DNA of 64,000 nucleotides from Tortispora ganteri (Eukaryota): NCBI GenBank assembly GCA_003707115.1, contig PPNB01000032.1, positions 1 to 64,000 of the forward strand, read 5' to 3'. Shown piece by piece: positions 53,787 to 64,000 of this stretch (position 1 is its first letter; each line of letters starts with the position of its first letter). The notes under the pieces were generated by a model. It saw only the letters and a program-made list of their open reading frames with translations, ran no database searches and was not told where the DNA came from. The position numbers and the translations under genes were made by a program.

Positions 53787-55235
53787 CTATTCGGTCTTGT
53801 ATTTCCAGTCAAGGTACGGTGCTTCCTTAGACACTGTCTTGCGCTCCAATATATCTTTAACCTTCAGAGTGACACCTCTTGTCTTGGATCTTTGACGCTG
53901 CACAAAGGCTTCTAAACACTCTTTGGCAGTAGCCTTGTAAGAACGATTAGAACCATCATTACCAGTAATATAGTCACTAACTGCAGCTTCTGTAGGAAGT
54001 CCAAAGCTGTAGGGCTGTTGAGTGTAATCAGGTGCAGAAGGGTCTACAGGAAGGGATGGCACGTCGGGTCTTTTGACGAAAAATTCTTCGATGTCGGCTT
54101 CCTTGATATCATCCAAAGACGCAGGATTCCATTCGGGTTTCTTTGGAGGCTTGTGGATAAGCTTCGATTCAACACCTTCAACGAAATCGCCTGTTAACAT
54201 GAACTGAGCAGCGACTATATTCTCGAGCTGGAGCACGGCCTTGATGCTGAGTGATCGGCCAAAGTCGTACAGACGGCACGAAACAGCAACAGAAGTAGGT
54301 GATCGTTGAAGAATAGTGGCGAGCGATTTTTGTGCAAATTCAGACTCGTCAGCGCGCAACGCAGCAAGCAGCGAATCAGGACGTCGGCTCTGGAATAAGT
54401 GATCGAGTTTCTCCCGAGTCTCACCCACGAGGAAAGGGGCAGGAGTGTAGTCTTCCGGCACGTCTTCAGCAAACTCTTCGATAGCGTTATTGACTGTCTC
54501 AAAGAACTTAGATGACGTGGGATCTGAAGAGGAGAGCTCCGAAAGGCGCTTTTCGAGGTCGGGTAGACGGTTGGAGGGCACATAGTGGGTAGCGACGCCA
54601 GCTAAGACATTATCGTAGCCTTTGAGGCGAGCAGAAGTCAATGCAAGATATAGACCAACGCGGCCGTCGAGTCTGGGCAAGAAGAATGATCCACCGACGT
54701 CCGGGAAGAAACCTATGTCGGTTTCTGGCATAGCGAACAAAGTCTTCTCGGTAGCGATACGGAACGGTGCGTGCACAGAAAGACCTACACCGCCACCCAT
54801 AGTGATTCCGTGCATGATAGATATGTAGGGTTTAGAGTATGTAGCAATAGAATAATTCAAGGTGTATTCAAGGTTGAAGAAAGCAGCGCTTTTGCGAGCG
54901 CCTTCGACACCTGACTTGTTTTGAGTAGCAAGTTCAGCAATATCACCACCGGCACAAAGTGCCTTATCTCCCGCACCTTTGAGCAATACAATTGCAGCAT
55001 CTGAAGATTCCCATTCTTTTAGTCTGGGCAAAATTTTGCCGGCCATTGAGGCGTTAAGCGAGTTGAGTTTCTTTGGACGATTCAAGGTGATCGTTCGCAG
55101 TCCGCTGACGGAATTGAAGAGCACATCATCTTCTTCAGGCGCAGAAACAGTAGAATTCATACGCAGAAAGGTCTGGTTAGTTATTTTACTACGCAATGGC
55201 ATGGCAGTCCTGCTGAGTTGCCGCGTTCGGAGCAT
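53787..55235 (-). CDS. EHD3: Mitochondrial 3-hydroxyisobutyryl-CoA hydrolase
   Basis: LNRPKKLNSL, CAGGD, GITMGGGVGLSVHAPFRIATE, AMPETDIGFFPDVG, DFVEGV. Confidence 0.93.
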   Translation of the reverse strand: MLRTRQLSRTAMPLRSKITNQTFLRMNSTVSAPEEDDVLFNSVSGLRTITLNRPKKLNSLNASMAGKILPRLKEWESSDAAIVLLKGAGDKALCAGGDIAELATQNKSGVEGARKSAAFFNLEYTLNYSIATYSKPYISIMHGITMGGGVGLSVHAPFRIATEKTLFAMPETDIGFFPDVGGSFFLPRLDGRVGLYLALTSARLKGYDNVLAGVATHYVPSNRLPDLEKRLSELSSSDPTSSKFFETVNNAIEEFAEDVPEDYTPAPFLVGETREKLDHLFQSRRPDSLLAALRADESEFAQKSLATILQRSPTSVAVSCRLYDFGRSLSIKAVLQLENIVAAQFMLTGDFVEGVESKLIHKPPKKPEWNPASLDDIKEADIEEFFVKRPDVPSLPVDPSAPDYTQQPYSFGLPTEAAVSDYITGNDGSNRSYKATAKECLEAFVQRQRSKTRGVTLKVKDILERKTVSKEAPYLDWKYKTE

Positions 55236-55378
55236 TTGCAGTTAGTCGGTCGGTGTGTTGGTTTCGGTGGAGGGAGGGGCAGATTTAGTAAGTAGGGTTA
55301 GGTTTCGGTTAGCGATCAATTACAAAGTATTGCGACAACAAGGTGTGATACACGTATTAAGACAATAGCGTAAGAGAC

Positions 55379-56617
55379 TCAACGGCCTTCTACGGGTGCC
55401 TGGAGGAGCTCAGGGTACTTCGAGACAACGTAGTCAAGGTCTTTATCGCCGCGACCGGAGAGGTTGACGAGAATTGAGGCGTCCGGGTACTTTTTAGCGA
55501 GCTTGATAGCGTAGGCGATGGCGTGCGCTGATTCAAGAGCAGGAATGATGCCTTCAAAACGAGAGAGAGTAAAGAAAGCTTCGGCAGTTTCCTGGTCAGT
55601 AGCACCAGCACCCTTTTCAGTGCGGCCTTCGGTGGCGAGATAAGCGTGCTCAGGACCGACTGACGGGTAGTCGAGGCCTGAAGCGATGGAGTGGACCGGC
55701 GCCGGTTCGCCTTCCTTGTTATGGAGCATGATTGACTTGAACCCGTGCATGACACCGTCAGAACCATGGCTGATGGAGGCAGCGTGGTCACCAAGCTTGC
55801 TAGTACCTTTGCCGAGCGGCTCAACAGCGTGGAGCTTGACAGTAGAGTCGTCAATGAAACCTGAGAAGATGCCCATAGCGTTTGAGCCACCTCCGCAGCA
55901 GGCTACAACATGGTCCGGCAATTCGCCGATCAAGTCGAGAAACTGTTCGCGGGCCTCGATACCTACTATTTTCTGAAACTCGCGCACCATATAAGGGAAC
56001 GGGTGCGGGCCAACAACAGAGCCGATACAGTACAAGATATTTTCGGGGTCTTCGAGGTATGCCATGAATGCCTTGTCTACGGCTTCTTTAAGCGTCTGAA
56101 GACCTTCAGTTGCAGGAATGACTTTTGCGCCAAGGATTTCCATGCGAACAACGTTTGGTTTTTCCTTCTCCATGTCAACGGCGCCCATATATATATCGCA
56201 TTCGAGACCAAAATAGGCAGCAGCAGTAGCTAAAGCGACACCATGTTGACCAGCACCAGTTTCAGCGATGACTTTCTTTTTGCCCATGTGCTTTGCAAGC
56301 AACACTTCGGCCATACAGTGGTTCAACTTGTGCGCTCCCATGTGGTTGAGGTCCTCGCGTTTAAGGTAGATGCGACCACCACCGATGTGGTTCGACAATC
56401 GTTTAGCGTACGAGATAGGTGTCGGGCGGCCCTGATAGTTTTTGCGGATAGACCGCAATTCCGCTACGTAGTCGGCAGACTTCGAAATACGCTTATACTC
56501 AGCGTAAATTTTGTCCATCTCCGTCTGGAGATTTGGCGGGATAAATGAGCCACCATAGTTGCCAAAGTAGCCCTTGTCATTGGGGACGTGCAGCAGATAG
56601 GGTTTAGGAAGTGTCAT
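55379..56617 (-). CDS. trpB: Stand-alone tryptophan synthase beta chain, bacterial type
   Basis: [25 protein letters not shown] (PLP Lys), [55 protein letters not shown]; 412 aa with no alpha domain. Confidence 0.95.
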   Translation of the reverse strand: MTLPKPYLLHVPNDKGYFGNYGGSFIPPNLQTEMDKIYAEYKRISKSADYVAELRSIRKNYQGRPTPISYAKRLSNHIGGGRIYLKREDLNHMGAHKLNHCMAEVLLAKHMGKKKVIAETGAGQHGVALATAAAYFGLECDIYMGAVDMEKEKPNVVRMEILGAKVIPATEGLQTLKEAVDKAFMAYLEDPENILYCIGSVVGPHPFPYMVREFQKIVGIEAREQFLDLIGELPDHVVACCGGGSNAMGIFSGFIDDSTVKLHAVEPLGKGTSKLGDHAASISHGSDGVMHGFKSIMLHNKEGEPAPVHSIASGLDYPSVGPEHAYLATEGRTEKGAGATDQETAEAFFTLSRFEGIIPALESAHAIAYAIKLAKKYPDASILVNLSGRGDKDLDYVVSKYPELLQAPVEGR

Positions 56618-57493
56618 TGCGGCTTATCTGATAAGATGATAACGGTGCAGTACAACGGTGTGAACGTAGTATGGTGGGAGAGGAAAAGCAGACCCCGGGG
56701 CACAGAGCGGATAAAAACCTTATTAAAAAGTACGTTCGAATTTGACCAATAGTAGCGCGCACTACATTTAAGGGGTCTTGAAGAAAGAAAGCGAACATTG
56801 TGTACGTTCGCGTATGTGATAGAAGAAAATTTAATCTGATTTCTATTGTTCTCACATGCGTGAAACTACGCGTTCAAGGGTGATTTTGTGATGATAGAGT
56901 AATTTATTAGAACCGACAGCTTTGCCCTAGCTTGGACAACCTCGACTGCTCGGTGTAATGGTGAATGAGATATAATGTAAAGTCATTTAGCTATGCATAT
57001 ATACCTTTATTTAACATACCTTCAAATACTATATGTTTTCAGAACCAATCAAAAACTATTACTGAATACCATAAACTAATATTGTCTGGATTCTGAAGTC
57101 ATCTGTTACGTTTACTAGAGCAAATAATATGGGATCCGTGATATTTCCTAACTAGTAATTAAAGTTTTCATGTATTCCAACTACCTCTTTTTCTGCAAAG
57201 GCCTTTCCCAACCTACCAACCACCCCCCTGCCCCTTCACAGATTGAGGACTTCTTTTCACTTCTAGCATTACTCTATCTTTACGTTCCTTCTGCTGTGAA
57301 TTGCATCGACATATATCCTGAAGACGTAATCCTCGACAAGCAGACCAGACCCTGGCTATCCCTACTTGCTCCTTCGCGATTCACCGAACTGATTTGCGCT
57401 GGTCTGCACTGACCTGCCCATTTACCCCTTGTACCACTATTCGCCTTTACTCTTCCGCATTGCCGCTCATTTCTACACTTACATTCACTCGAT

Positions 57494-60343
57494 ATGTCAT
57501 CTGATACAGCGCAACGACCCTTGCGCGAAGAAGAGCATTCCTCCCTCAACTCGGCCTTCTTCGGCAGACTCTACCCTTCCTCTACTGCATCCGCCGGTAA
57601 CCCACCCAGACCCCAGTCACCTATGGCTGTTCACAACAGACAGCCGCAGATCCCGCCACTGTCACCTTCACTCAACTTAGACTCTGATCTCCTTCTCAAG
57701 TACGCTCAGCGACCACCCTCACCTCAGCACTCGCACGCTCCGCTCACACATCCACAACGTGACCCGGACCCTGCATTGTACCCATTCATACCAAATGCCC
57801 CCTCAATCGACCCGCCTGACTCTCGCCGTAACTCCCGTTCGCAGTTCTCTCGCCTTAGTTCAATGTTACCATCATCGAAATCATTTCGCTTCTCGCATAG
57901 ACCGTCTTCAGCGAATCGCCAGCGCGAAGTCGACGATTTCGACGACGACGACGACTACCCTAGCAAGGCCGGTAACATGAACTTCCCCTCCTCGAACCTT
58001 CAAATCCTCCAGAGTCATCAGCACGATCTTGGCAGATACCCGCAGCTCGACGCAACCGGCATGTCCATGCGCTCGATTGATTCTACCGCTCCCTTCATTC
58101 CCTCTATTGGCGAGAGCCACCTCCCTACCACCCCGCTCCGCCGTGACATCATGGAACACCAGCAGGCAGAGCGCATGATGCGCATGAGGTCCGGTCAGAA
58201 CTCTAGGCGAAGTAACAACGGCGCTGGTTCGTCTGTAGGAATGTACCCGCTTCCTCCTCACAGCGCTCCCCCGGGACCGTACTACCAGCAGCCCAACGCT
58301 ATGCCGCACTATGGTGCTGGCTATCATAATGGTCCAGGACCGTCCCCTCAAGTATATCCTCCACAACATTACGCGGCGTACCCTCAGCCTCAAGGTCCTA
58401 TGCCACGCTATCCTGCACCACCACCAAACCAGCAGCTACCGCCTAACGGTTTGCGCCCTAAAATTAGCCCCTACCCACTGCGGCAAAACCCAGCTGTTCC
58501 CTACTCAGATTCACCGGGCAATTCTGAACCACAGGAAAACTTACAGCCCCCGCAGGAACGCCTGAAAACCGAACTCGATGATTCGCCGAAATGTTTCAGT
58601 CGCGCCACTGGGCCCAAAGACGGTCCACGCAAGCCTGATAGTTTAGACAACGTGACTTACAGAGATGACACAAATACAGGCTCGGTTCCTTCTCTGACTA
58701 CAGCCTCTGTTTCGTCTCCATCTGTGCCTGAAACATATGAGGAGGATATTCGAAACCTCACAATAGAACTAGCAGACTCTTTGAAGCGCGAAAGTCAGCT
58801 GGAAAGCCTCGTACAAGAACTTGGTGGTGTGCTTCCTGCATCTTCAGCCCGTCGTAGATCGTTGCTGGATTCTCTGAGCTTACCGTCATCAAAGGGCTCG
58901 CCGTTGACTCCAGGTGCTAAAGACCTTGCGGACGGCGGCTTGAATATGTCACTCTCTGATTCAGTAGAGACTTTCTACTTGAATGAATCTGGCTCGCCTG
59001 TCAAGATCTCGTCAAAGTCTCGCATAGTGTCCTCCAGAGAACTTATCCTGGAAAAGAAATTGCGTCAGGAGGCGCAGGAAAAGTCTCAGATGCGAATTGA
59101 CCTGCTTGCACGCATTGAGGAAGAGACAAATGCCCGAAAAGCGCTGGAAGCCAAACTTAAAGACCAGGAAGACCTGAAAACGGTCCCTGTTAATGGCAAC
59201 TCTGAAGAGTTGTCGGCGCTTGCATCAATCGAGCTTCAGAAAGAGAACGAGCTTCTTAAAAAGCGCCTAGAGGGAATTGAGATGTATTACAGTGAAGAGT
59301 TCCAGACGAAGCTGTATAATTCTATCTCCAATGAGAACAGTGGAGAACTGCCGAAGTCTGCCCTTATTACACATTCGAATAACAATAGATCCTCTGCGTC
59401 AGTTATGGGACAGATTTTTGCTAACGCTGAGCCGCCAGTGCTTCTTGAGCACATATCGCAGCTGGAATCAGCTAGACAGTGCTTAAAATCAGTTGTGTTG
59501 TCTTGTACAAAGCGCGAACAACTGCTAAAGGAAGGTTATGAGAAGCGTTTGGCTCATTACGAGAACGCGCTTGCACTTGAACGAAGTCGCGTTGAATTAT
59601 ACAGCCGAGCGCGGAAGCCGCCGGCATATGTGCGTGAAGTTTCACTTGCACTGCTTGAAACAAAGAGACTAGTTCAAGCGAGTGCCGCTGATATCGAGAT
59701 TCTCGCTAGCTTGACAGACAAACCGGCAGTTGATTCGTTGTTGGTTGAACAGGTGAAAAGAATCAGGAATGTTGTTGAAGAAACGGGAAAGTATCTGAAC
59801 GACAAAACTGCTGTGCTTGAGGGTACTTTGCAAGAGGAAGACCTTGAAGAGATGGAACCTGTACTATTGGAATCCGCATACCGTTTGCTACAGGAAGCGT
59901 ATGCGAATGCATTAGACCGGATTGATCTGCTTGAAGGCGGCTCTTCTATTAAAATGGAGTTGCTTCCACCTTCGTTAAGCTCGAATATGCGCAACGAGAA
60001 GCGGAGGTCTGCTATTCTGAAGAGTCCTGCTCTGCAATGGGCGATACAGAATAGCCCAGACCGACGACGTGGATCTAAACGGATATCACGGATGTCCACA
60101 GCGATCAACTCAGTACATATTAGTGGCACGACGCCTCCTGTGCCTACTACGCCTAAGGAAGTGTCAGTACTAAAAGAGAGAATTGAAGAGCTCGAAGATA
60201 GTTTAAAGAAATCTGAATCTGAGATGCGTGAAGTTGTGGAAAGGATGCAAACTGCGCAGATTGAGTGTTTATCGCTTGTGAACGAACGTGATGCTGCAAT
60301 TATCCATATTCAACAACTTGTCGCACAACAGCAAGAAGAATGA
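57494..60343 (+). CDS. Uncharacterised large protein: Pro-rich disordered N-half, coiled-coil C-half
   Basis: 949-codon ORF; heptad segments ELADSLKRESQLESLV, QEKSQMRIDL and RIEELEDSLKKSESEMREVVERMQTAQIE. Confidence 0.8.
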   Translation: MSSDTAQRPLREEEHSSLNSAFFGRLYPSSTASAGNPPRPQSPMAVHNRQPQIPPLSPSLNLDSDLLLKYAQRPPSPQHSHAPLTHPQRDPDPALYPFIPNAPSIDPPDSRRNSRSQFSRLSSMLPSSKSFRFSHRPSSANRQREVDDFDDDDDYPSKAGNMNFPSSNLQILQSHQHDLGRYPQLDATGMSMRSIDSTAPFIPSIGESHLPTTPLRRDIMEHQQAERMMRMRSGQNSRRSNNGAGSSVGMYPLPPHSAPPGPYYQQPNAMPHYGAGYHNGPGPSPQVYPPQHYAAYPQPQGPMPRYPAPPPNQQLPPNGLRPKISPYPLRQNPAVPYSDSPGNSEPQENLQPPQERLKTELDDSPKCFSRATGPKDGPRKPDSLDNVTYRDDTNTGSVPSLTTASVSSPSVPETYEEDIRNLTIELADSLKRESQLESLVQELGGVLPASSARRRSLLDSLSLPSSKGSPLTPGAKDLADGGLNMSLSDSVETFYLNESGSPVKISSKSRIVSSRELILEKKLRQEAQEKSQMRIDLLARIEEETNARKALEAKLKDQEDLKTVPVNGNSEELSALASIELQKENELLKKRLEGIEMYYSEEFQTKLYNSISNENSGELPKSALITHSNNNRSSASVMGQIFANAEPPVLLEHISQLESARQCLKSVVLSCTKREQLLKEGYEKRLAHYENALALERSRVELYSRARKPPAYVREVSLALLETKRLVQASAADIEILASLTDKPAVDSLLVEQVKRIRNVVEETGKYLNDKTAVLEGTLQEEDLEEMEPVLLESAYRLLQEAYANALDRIDLLEGGSSIKMELLPPSLSSNMRNEKRRSAILKSPALQWAIQNSPDRRRGSKRISRMSTAINSVHISGTTPPVPTTPKEVSVLKERIEELEDSLKKSESEMREVVERMQTAQIECLSLVNERDAAIIHIQQLVAQQQEE

Positions 60344-60409
60344 ATTAACGGCAACTATGAAAATCGCATATACGATACGGTCATGGTTTGAAATGTAATT
60401 AATGTATGT

Positions 60410-61540
60410 TTATATTTTCGACTTATCGAGATTAGGTAGAATTGTATGAGAAATCTGGCTTTCACGAGGGATTTTATCATATTCCTTGAACTTGTCGATG
60501 AACTTCTGGATATTGTCCAGGACAAAAGGTGCGACAAGCTGAGCGTACTTTGTTGGCTGTTCCATAGGTATAAGATGCGATCCATCTTCTAGGAGAAATA
60601 TAGTGAGATGTTCTGGTGGTATAACTTTCGTTACGGCTTTAGACATAGGCAAAGCGAAGGATTTAGTGCCATATACAAAACAAACGTTGGTACGTAAGGT
60701 GTGCAACTTATTAAACACTTCCAATGGTTCAGGACGACGCGAACCGTTTACCGAAAAGTCCAGTTTGTGCTCTTCAAGGATATATCCCCATACTTCTTGT
60801 GCCTTTGGATATGTAAGTACGAAATTCTGTGGAGTAGCTTCTGGGTGTGCTAGTGTAGGTCCAGGTCGGACACCGTAGGTTTTGTGACGCAACAATACAC
60901 GTGGATCCCACCGTTTGTAGAAAGGACGAGAATCAAAAAACCTATCAGATTCTTGTTTTGAAGGCCAGACTTCTCTGCGTAGAGCAGAGTTCCTGCTGGT
61001 GGCGTCGGATGGGTTACTAAAATATTTGTCTGGTGCAATCATTGGTTCACATGCTACGACGCCAGCTAATAGTTGTGGGATATTCACCGCTAGATGAACC
61101 ATTTGATTACCACCCATTGAGTGACCAACAGCTATAATTGGTCCAGTTGGACAGTAAGATTGCAAGACAAGGTATGCATCATTTGGCAAATCATCCCATG
61201 AAACTACATCGCCGATCATGGACTCGTTTAAGCAGTACGATTCTGCAGCGTAAGGCGCATCAAGGATCAATACACGCTCAATTTTAATATCAGGTTTAAT
61301 AGCTAACATTGCATCAACAAGATCATCAAAAAATGGTTCGTATAATTCCTTATGAAATCCATTGGCGTGTGCACATATAAAAGTGACCCCGCCAGGTTGA
61401 GATCCATTCTTGGGCGTCAATTCAGATACAACTAACTTCAAACGATCGCTGTGTTTGCGTGTAGATCGTGCATACTTTCGTGGGTATGATGCATCAAAAA
61501 CTCGTTTCTTTTTATTAAAATGTTTTAATGACAGATTCAT
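60410..61540 (-). CDS. Alpha/beta hydrolase, Lpx1-like, probably peroxisomal (PTS1-like SKI)
   Basis: AHANGFHKELYEP, GHSMGG nucleophile elbow, WDPRVL, HLIPMEQP; ends in SKI; ATG at 61540. Confidence 0.82.
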   Translation of the reverse strand: MNLSLKHFNKKKRVFDASYPRKYARSTRKHSDRLKLVVSELTPKNGSQPGGVTFICAHANGFHKELYEPFFDDLVDAMLAIKPDIKIERVLILDAPYAAESYCLNESMIGDVVSWDDLPNDAYLVLQSYCPTGPIIAVGHSMGGNQMVHLAVNIPQLLAGVVACEPMIAPDKYFSNPSDATSRNSALRREVWPSKQESDRFFDSRPFYKRWDPRVLLRHKTYGVRPGPTLAHPEATPQNFVLTYPKAQEVWGYILEEHKLDFSVNGSRRPEPLEVFNKLHTLRTNVCFVYGTKSFALPMSKAVTKVIPPEHLTIFLLEDGSHLIPMEQPTKYAQLVAPFVLDNIQKFIDKFKEYDKIPRESQISHTILPNLDKSKI

Positions 61541-61639
61541 GTCGATTACCAAACAGCGCTGGCATGTACGAAACTAATGCAGGAGATGAGCGGGGGTGGG
61601 GGAGATGGTGTTTAATTCATTCAGCCGCACACTTTTTAC

Positions 61640-61645
61640 CCGAGG
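61640..61645 (-). promoter_or_regulatory. CCTCGG motif upstream of the Lpx1-like hydrolase
   Basis: CCGAGG on + about 100 nt upstream of the ATG. Confidence 0.55.
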
Positions 61646-62526
61646 TTATTATTATCTTTCCCACAAATATTCACCTTTTTCTACTAAACTATACCACAAC
61701 AACAATAATGCAACATATTACACAAGCTCATTATTTCTGAACCACTATTATTCATTTTGTACGCTTTTTACAAAAAGCCTTTTAACTCTTATAATGGCTA
61801 ATATGCCAGCTGCATATACTGGTTCGCCACCTTACTGAGTCAACTCGCAAATCACCGCTACAAGAAGCAAACAATACTAAAATCACCGCAGTTAACTATA
61901 TCGGCATCTTTCATTGTGTGAAAATAATTACCGAATGTACCGCCTTGCTTCACCTTTCAAAATGCTGAACCATTAGCTGCTCGTTTCCGCAGTTACTATT
62001 TAGAGTTTCTATGCAAATTTAATGGCACCGCGGCACTTTGGCCGTTTCTGGCACTAATACACATAACTAATGCCTATCGTTGCTACTGCTGCCGCCGCAA
62101 ACACTATCATCTACTCTAAATATCTGCAAACTGTTCCCTACCTGGCAATCTTGCCAGCATGAATTCAACTTTACGGGAACTTCAAACTTGACATATCGGT
62201 TACCCTCTATACGCGCGGTATCATCGCTCCTAATATGGTACAGATGCGCTTAATGCGCACGCTCTAGGCTTCGGGATCTACGATTTTAGGCTTGAGGTGT
62301 ATACTGCCACCTCTTCTCAACCAATCACACTCCTTTAGTTAGTCCCATCACCGCTCTATACGCGATAAGCGATTATCACGTGACTTTAAAGTTGCCTTAA
62401 TCTTCACTTTCCGCAGTTTTGCTCTGAATGGATATCACCGTAGTAGAAGCTTATCGCTCTAATGGAAAACTATAAGTACCCTTCTATCCGCCACTGGTTT
62501 TCCTTACTAATCGGCTGTCTGGAACA

Positions 62527-64000
62527 ATGGTTCATCCTCTATCACCGCTCTCCATCGAAGAGATCAACTACGCGACTTCAATCGTTAAAAAGGCGCACCC
62601 GGACAAGCAGGTTCTCATCAAGGCATGCTCTCTGGAAGAACCTCCCAAGGCATTCATGGTGCCCTACCTTGAAGCCGAGAAGAAAGGCCGTCCTTTGCTG
62701 GCCCCTCCTCGACGCGCTTATGTGCCTTTCTACTACAAAGGCACTAGTGAGTTCTTTGACTGCATCGTCAACTTGACTTCCGGTCAGCTAGAGACTCGCA
62801 CTGCCGTTGCTTCCGGCTTCCACGCTCACTTGGACGTCGACGAGCTTCGCGAGATCGAGGAACTTTGCATGAAACACCCTGATGTCATTGCTCGCATTTC
62901 CACTATTGGTCTTCCCGACGACTGGGAGGCGACATGCGATCCCTGGATCTTTGGCAATGACGGATCAGAGCTCGCAAAGACCCGTCTTTTCCAGATCTTC
63001 ATGTACGCTCGCCCCAAATCTCAACCTGATGCTAACCACTATGCGCATCCTTTGGCTTTCTCTCCTATTTTTGAGACCGCCACTCAAAAGCTCGTCACCA
63101 TCCAGGAGCTCCCTACCGGCATCGACGACACGCTCAAGGCCACTAAACCCTTTGTCCCCAGCTTCGTCACCAACTCTTACCTCCCTGAAGATCAACCCTC
63201 TCTTCGCCCCTTGAAGCCTCTCCGCGTCATTCAGCCAGAGGGTGCCTCTTACACTATCAAGGACGGCCGCATGGAATGGCAGGGTTGGTCCTTCTTTATC
63301 TCTCTTAACTACAGAGAAGGTCCCGTTCTCCACGATATTTCTTTCAAGGGCCGTTCGATTGCCTATCGCATGGCTTTATCTGATATGGCTGTACCCTATG
63401 GTGATCCTCGCCAGCCTTTCCTTCGTAAGGAGGCCTTTGATCTAGGTGATGCTGGTGCTGGTAACACTGCCAACAACCTCGAGCTTGGCTGTGACTGTCT
63501 TGGTAATATAACCTATCTTGATTTGCCCCTAGTCGATGCCAATGGAACTGGTCATCTTTCTAAGAATGTTTTGTGTATCCATGAAGAGGATAATGGTATT
63601 GGCTGGAAACATACCAACTACAGGACCAACAGAGCATGCGTTGTCCGCAACCGTGAGCTCGTCCTCCAGACGATCATTACTGTCGCCAACTATGAGTACA
63701 TCCTCATGTTCCGCTTCAGCCAGGCTGCTGATATTACGTATGAAGTTCGCGCTACCGGTATCCTTTCGACTCAGCCGATTGACGAGGGTATCACTGATTG
63801 CCCCTTCGGAACTGTTGTTCATCCTCAAGTCCTTGCACCAGTTCACCAGCATATCTTCTGTTTGCGTTTAGACCCCGCTATTGATGGCCATCAAAATTCT
63901 GTCGTCTACCAGGAAACCGAGCTGCTACCGTTTGACGAAAATCCTTACCGCACCGGTTACAAGACTGTTACCACTCTTGCCGAGAAGGCTGGTGGATATG
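62527..64000 (+). CDS. Copper amine oxidase (TPQ-dependent); runs off the window and is absent from the ORF track
   Basis: MVHPLSPLSIEEI start; VPYGDPR, EAFDLGD (catalytic Asp), LELGCDCLG, CIHEED, TVANYEY (TPQ Tyr), HQHIF (Cu ligands). Confidence 0.93.
   Translation, partial: MVHPLSPLSIEEINYATSIVKKAHPDKQVLIKACSLEEPPKAFMVPYLEAEKKGRPLLAPPRRAYVPFYYKGTSEFFDCIVNLTSGQLETRTAVASGFHAHLDVDELREIEELCMKHPDVIARISTIGLPDDWEATCDPWIFGNDGSELAKTRLFQIFMYARPKSQPDANHYAHPLAFSPIFETATQKLVTIQELPTGIDDTLKATKPFVPSFVTNSYLPEDQPSLRPLKPLRVIQPEGASYTIKDGRMEWQGWSFFISLNYREGPVLHDISFKGRSIAYRMALSDMAVPYGDPRQPFLRKEAFDLGDAGAGNTANNLELGCDCLGNITYLDLPLVDANGTGHLSKNVLCIHEEDNGIGWKHTNYRTNRACVVRNRELVLQTIITVANYEYILMFRFSQAADITYEVRATGILSTQPIDEGITDCPFGTVVHPQVLAPVHQHIFCLRLDPAIDGHQNSVVYQETELLPFDENPYRTGYKTVTTLAEKAGGY

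Noticed and set aside
55379..56617. Bacterial contamination as the explanation for trpB
   Set aside because: Contiguous with yeast genes on both sides, no operon neighbours, host-like codons, and the only gap is about 29 kb away (read support still worth checking)
62462..63871. Several short ORFs in the track at the window end
   Set aside because: Alternate frames of the copper amine oxidase starting at 62527, which lacks a stop inside the window
55379..64000. Indole/tryptamine metabolic cluster (trpB, hydrolase, amine oxidase)
   Set aside because: Interrupted by an unrelated coiled-coil gene, no decarboxylase or transporter visible, no shared promoter motif; proximity alone is not evidence

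Overview
Eukaryotic DNA from a compact, intron-poor ascomycete budding yeast. CTG reads as Leu at conserved positions, introns are GTAAGT...TACTAAC...YAG, and there is a 100-N assembly gap at 26335-26434. About 38 protein-coding genes are present, mostly housekeeping: HTZ1, GH15 glucoamylase, POP4, PIN4, GCD10, NOP2, VMA2, SPC97, PUP2, phocein/Mob3, COX20, YEL1-like GEF, ELP2, RPL13, RPS3, CCW12-like, SHR3, YMR1, SKT5, CBP4, MLS1, NDE1, HFD1, COX15, DUF4484 protein, LHS1, Spd1/Dif1-like, VPS38, PEX11 family, IBA57, SNF4, TUF1, EHD3, a peroxisomal hydrolase and a partial copper amine oxidase. No tRNA, rRNA, transposon or CRISPR was recognised. Most notable: (1) a stand-alone bacterial-type TrpB among native yeast genes, a likely horizontal transfer; (2) an orphan secreted protein built like a cytolytic/antimicrobial peptide precursor; (3) a CCTCGG motif upstream of all three clearly peroxisomal genes, plus Homol-D boxes at both ribosomal protein genes and recurrent RFX X-boxes; (4) a Sec7 GEF whose catalytic Glu is Asp; (5) a Mob3/phocein gene ending 9 bp before COX20. 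All homology calls come from motif recognition by eye; no searches were run.
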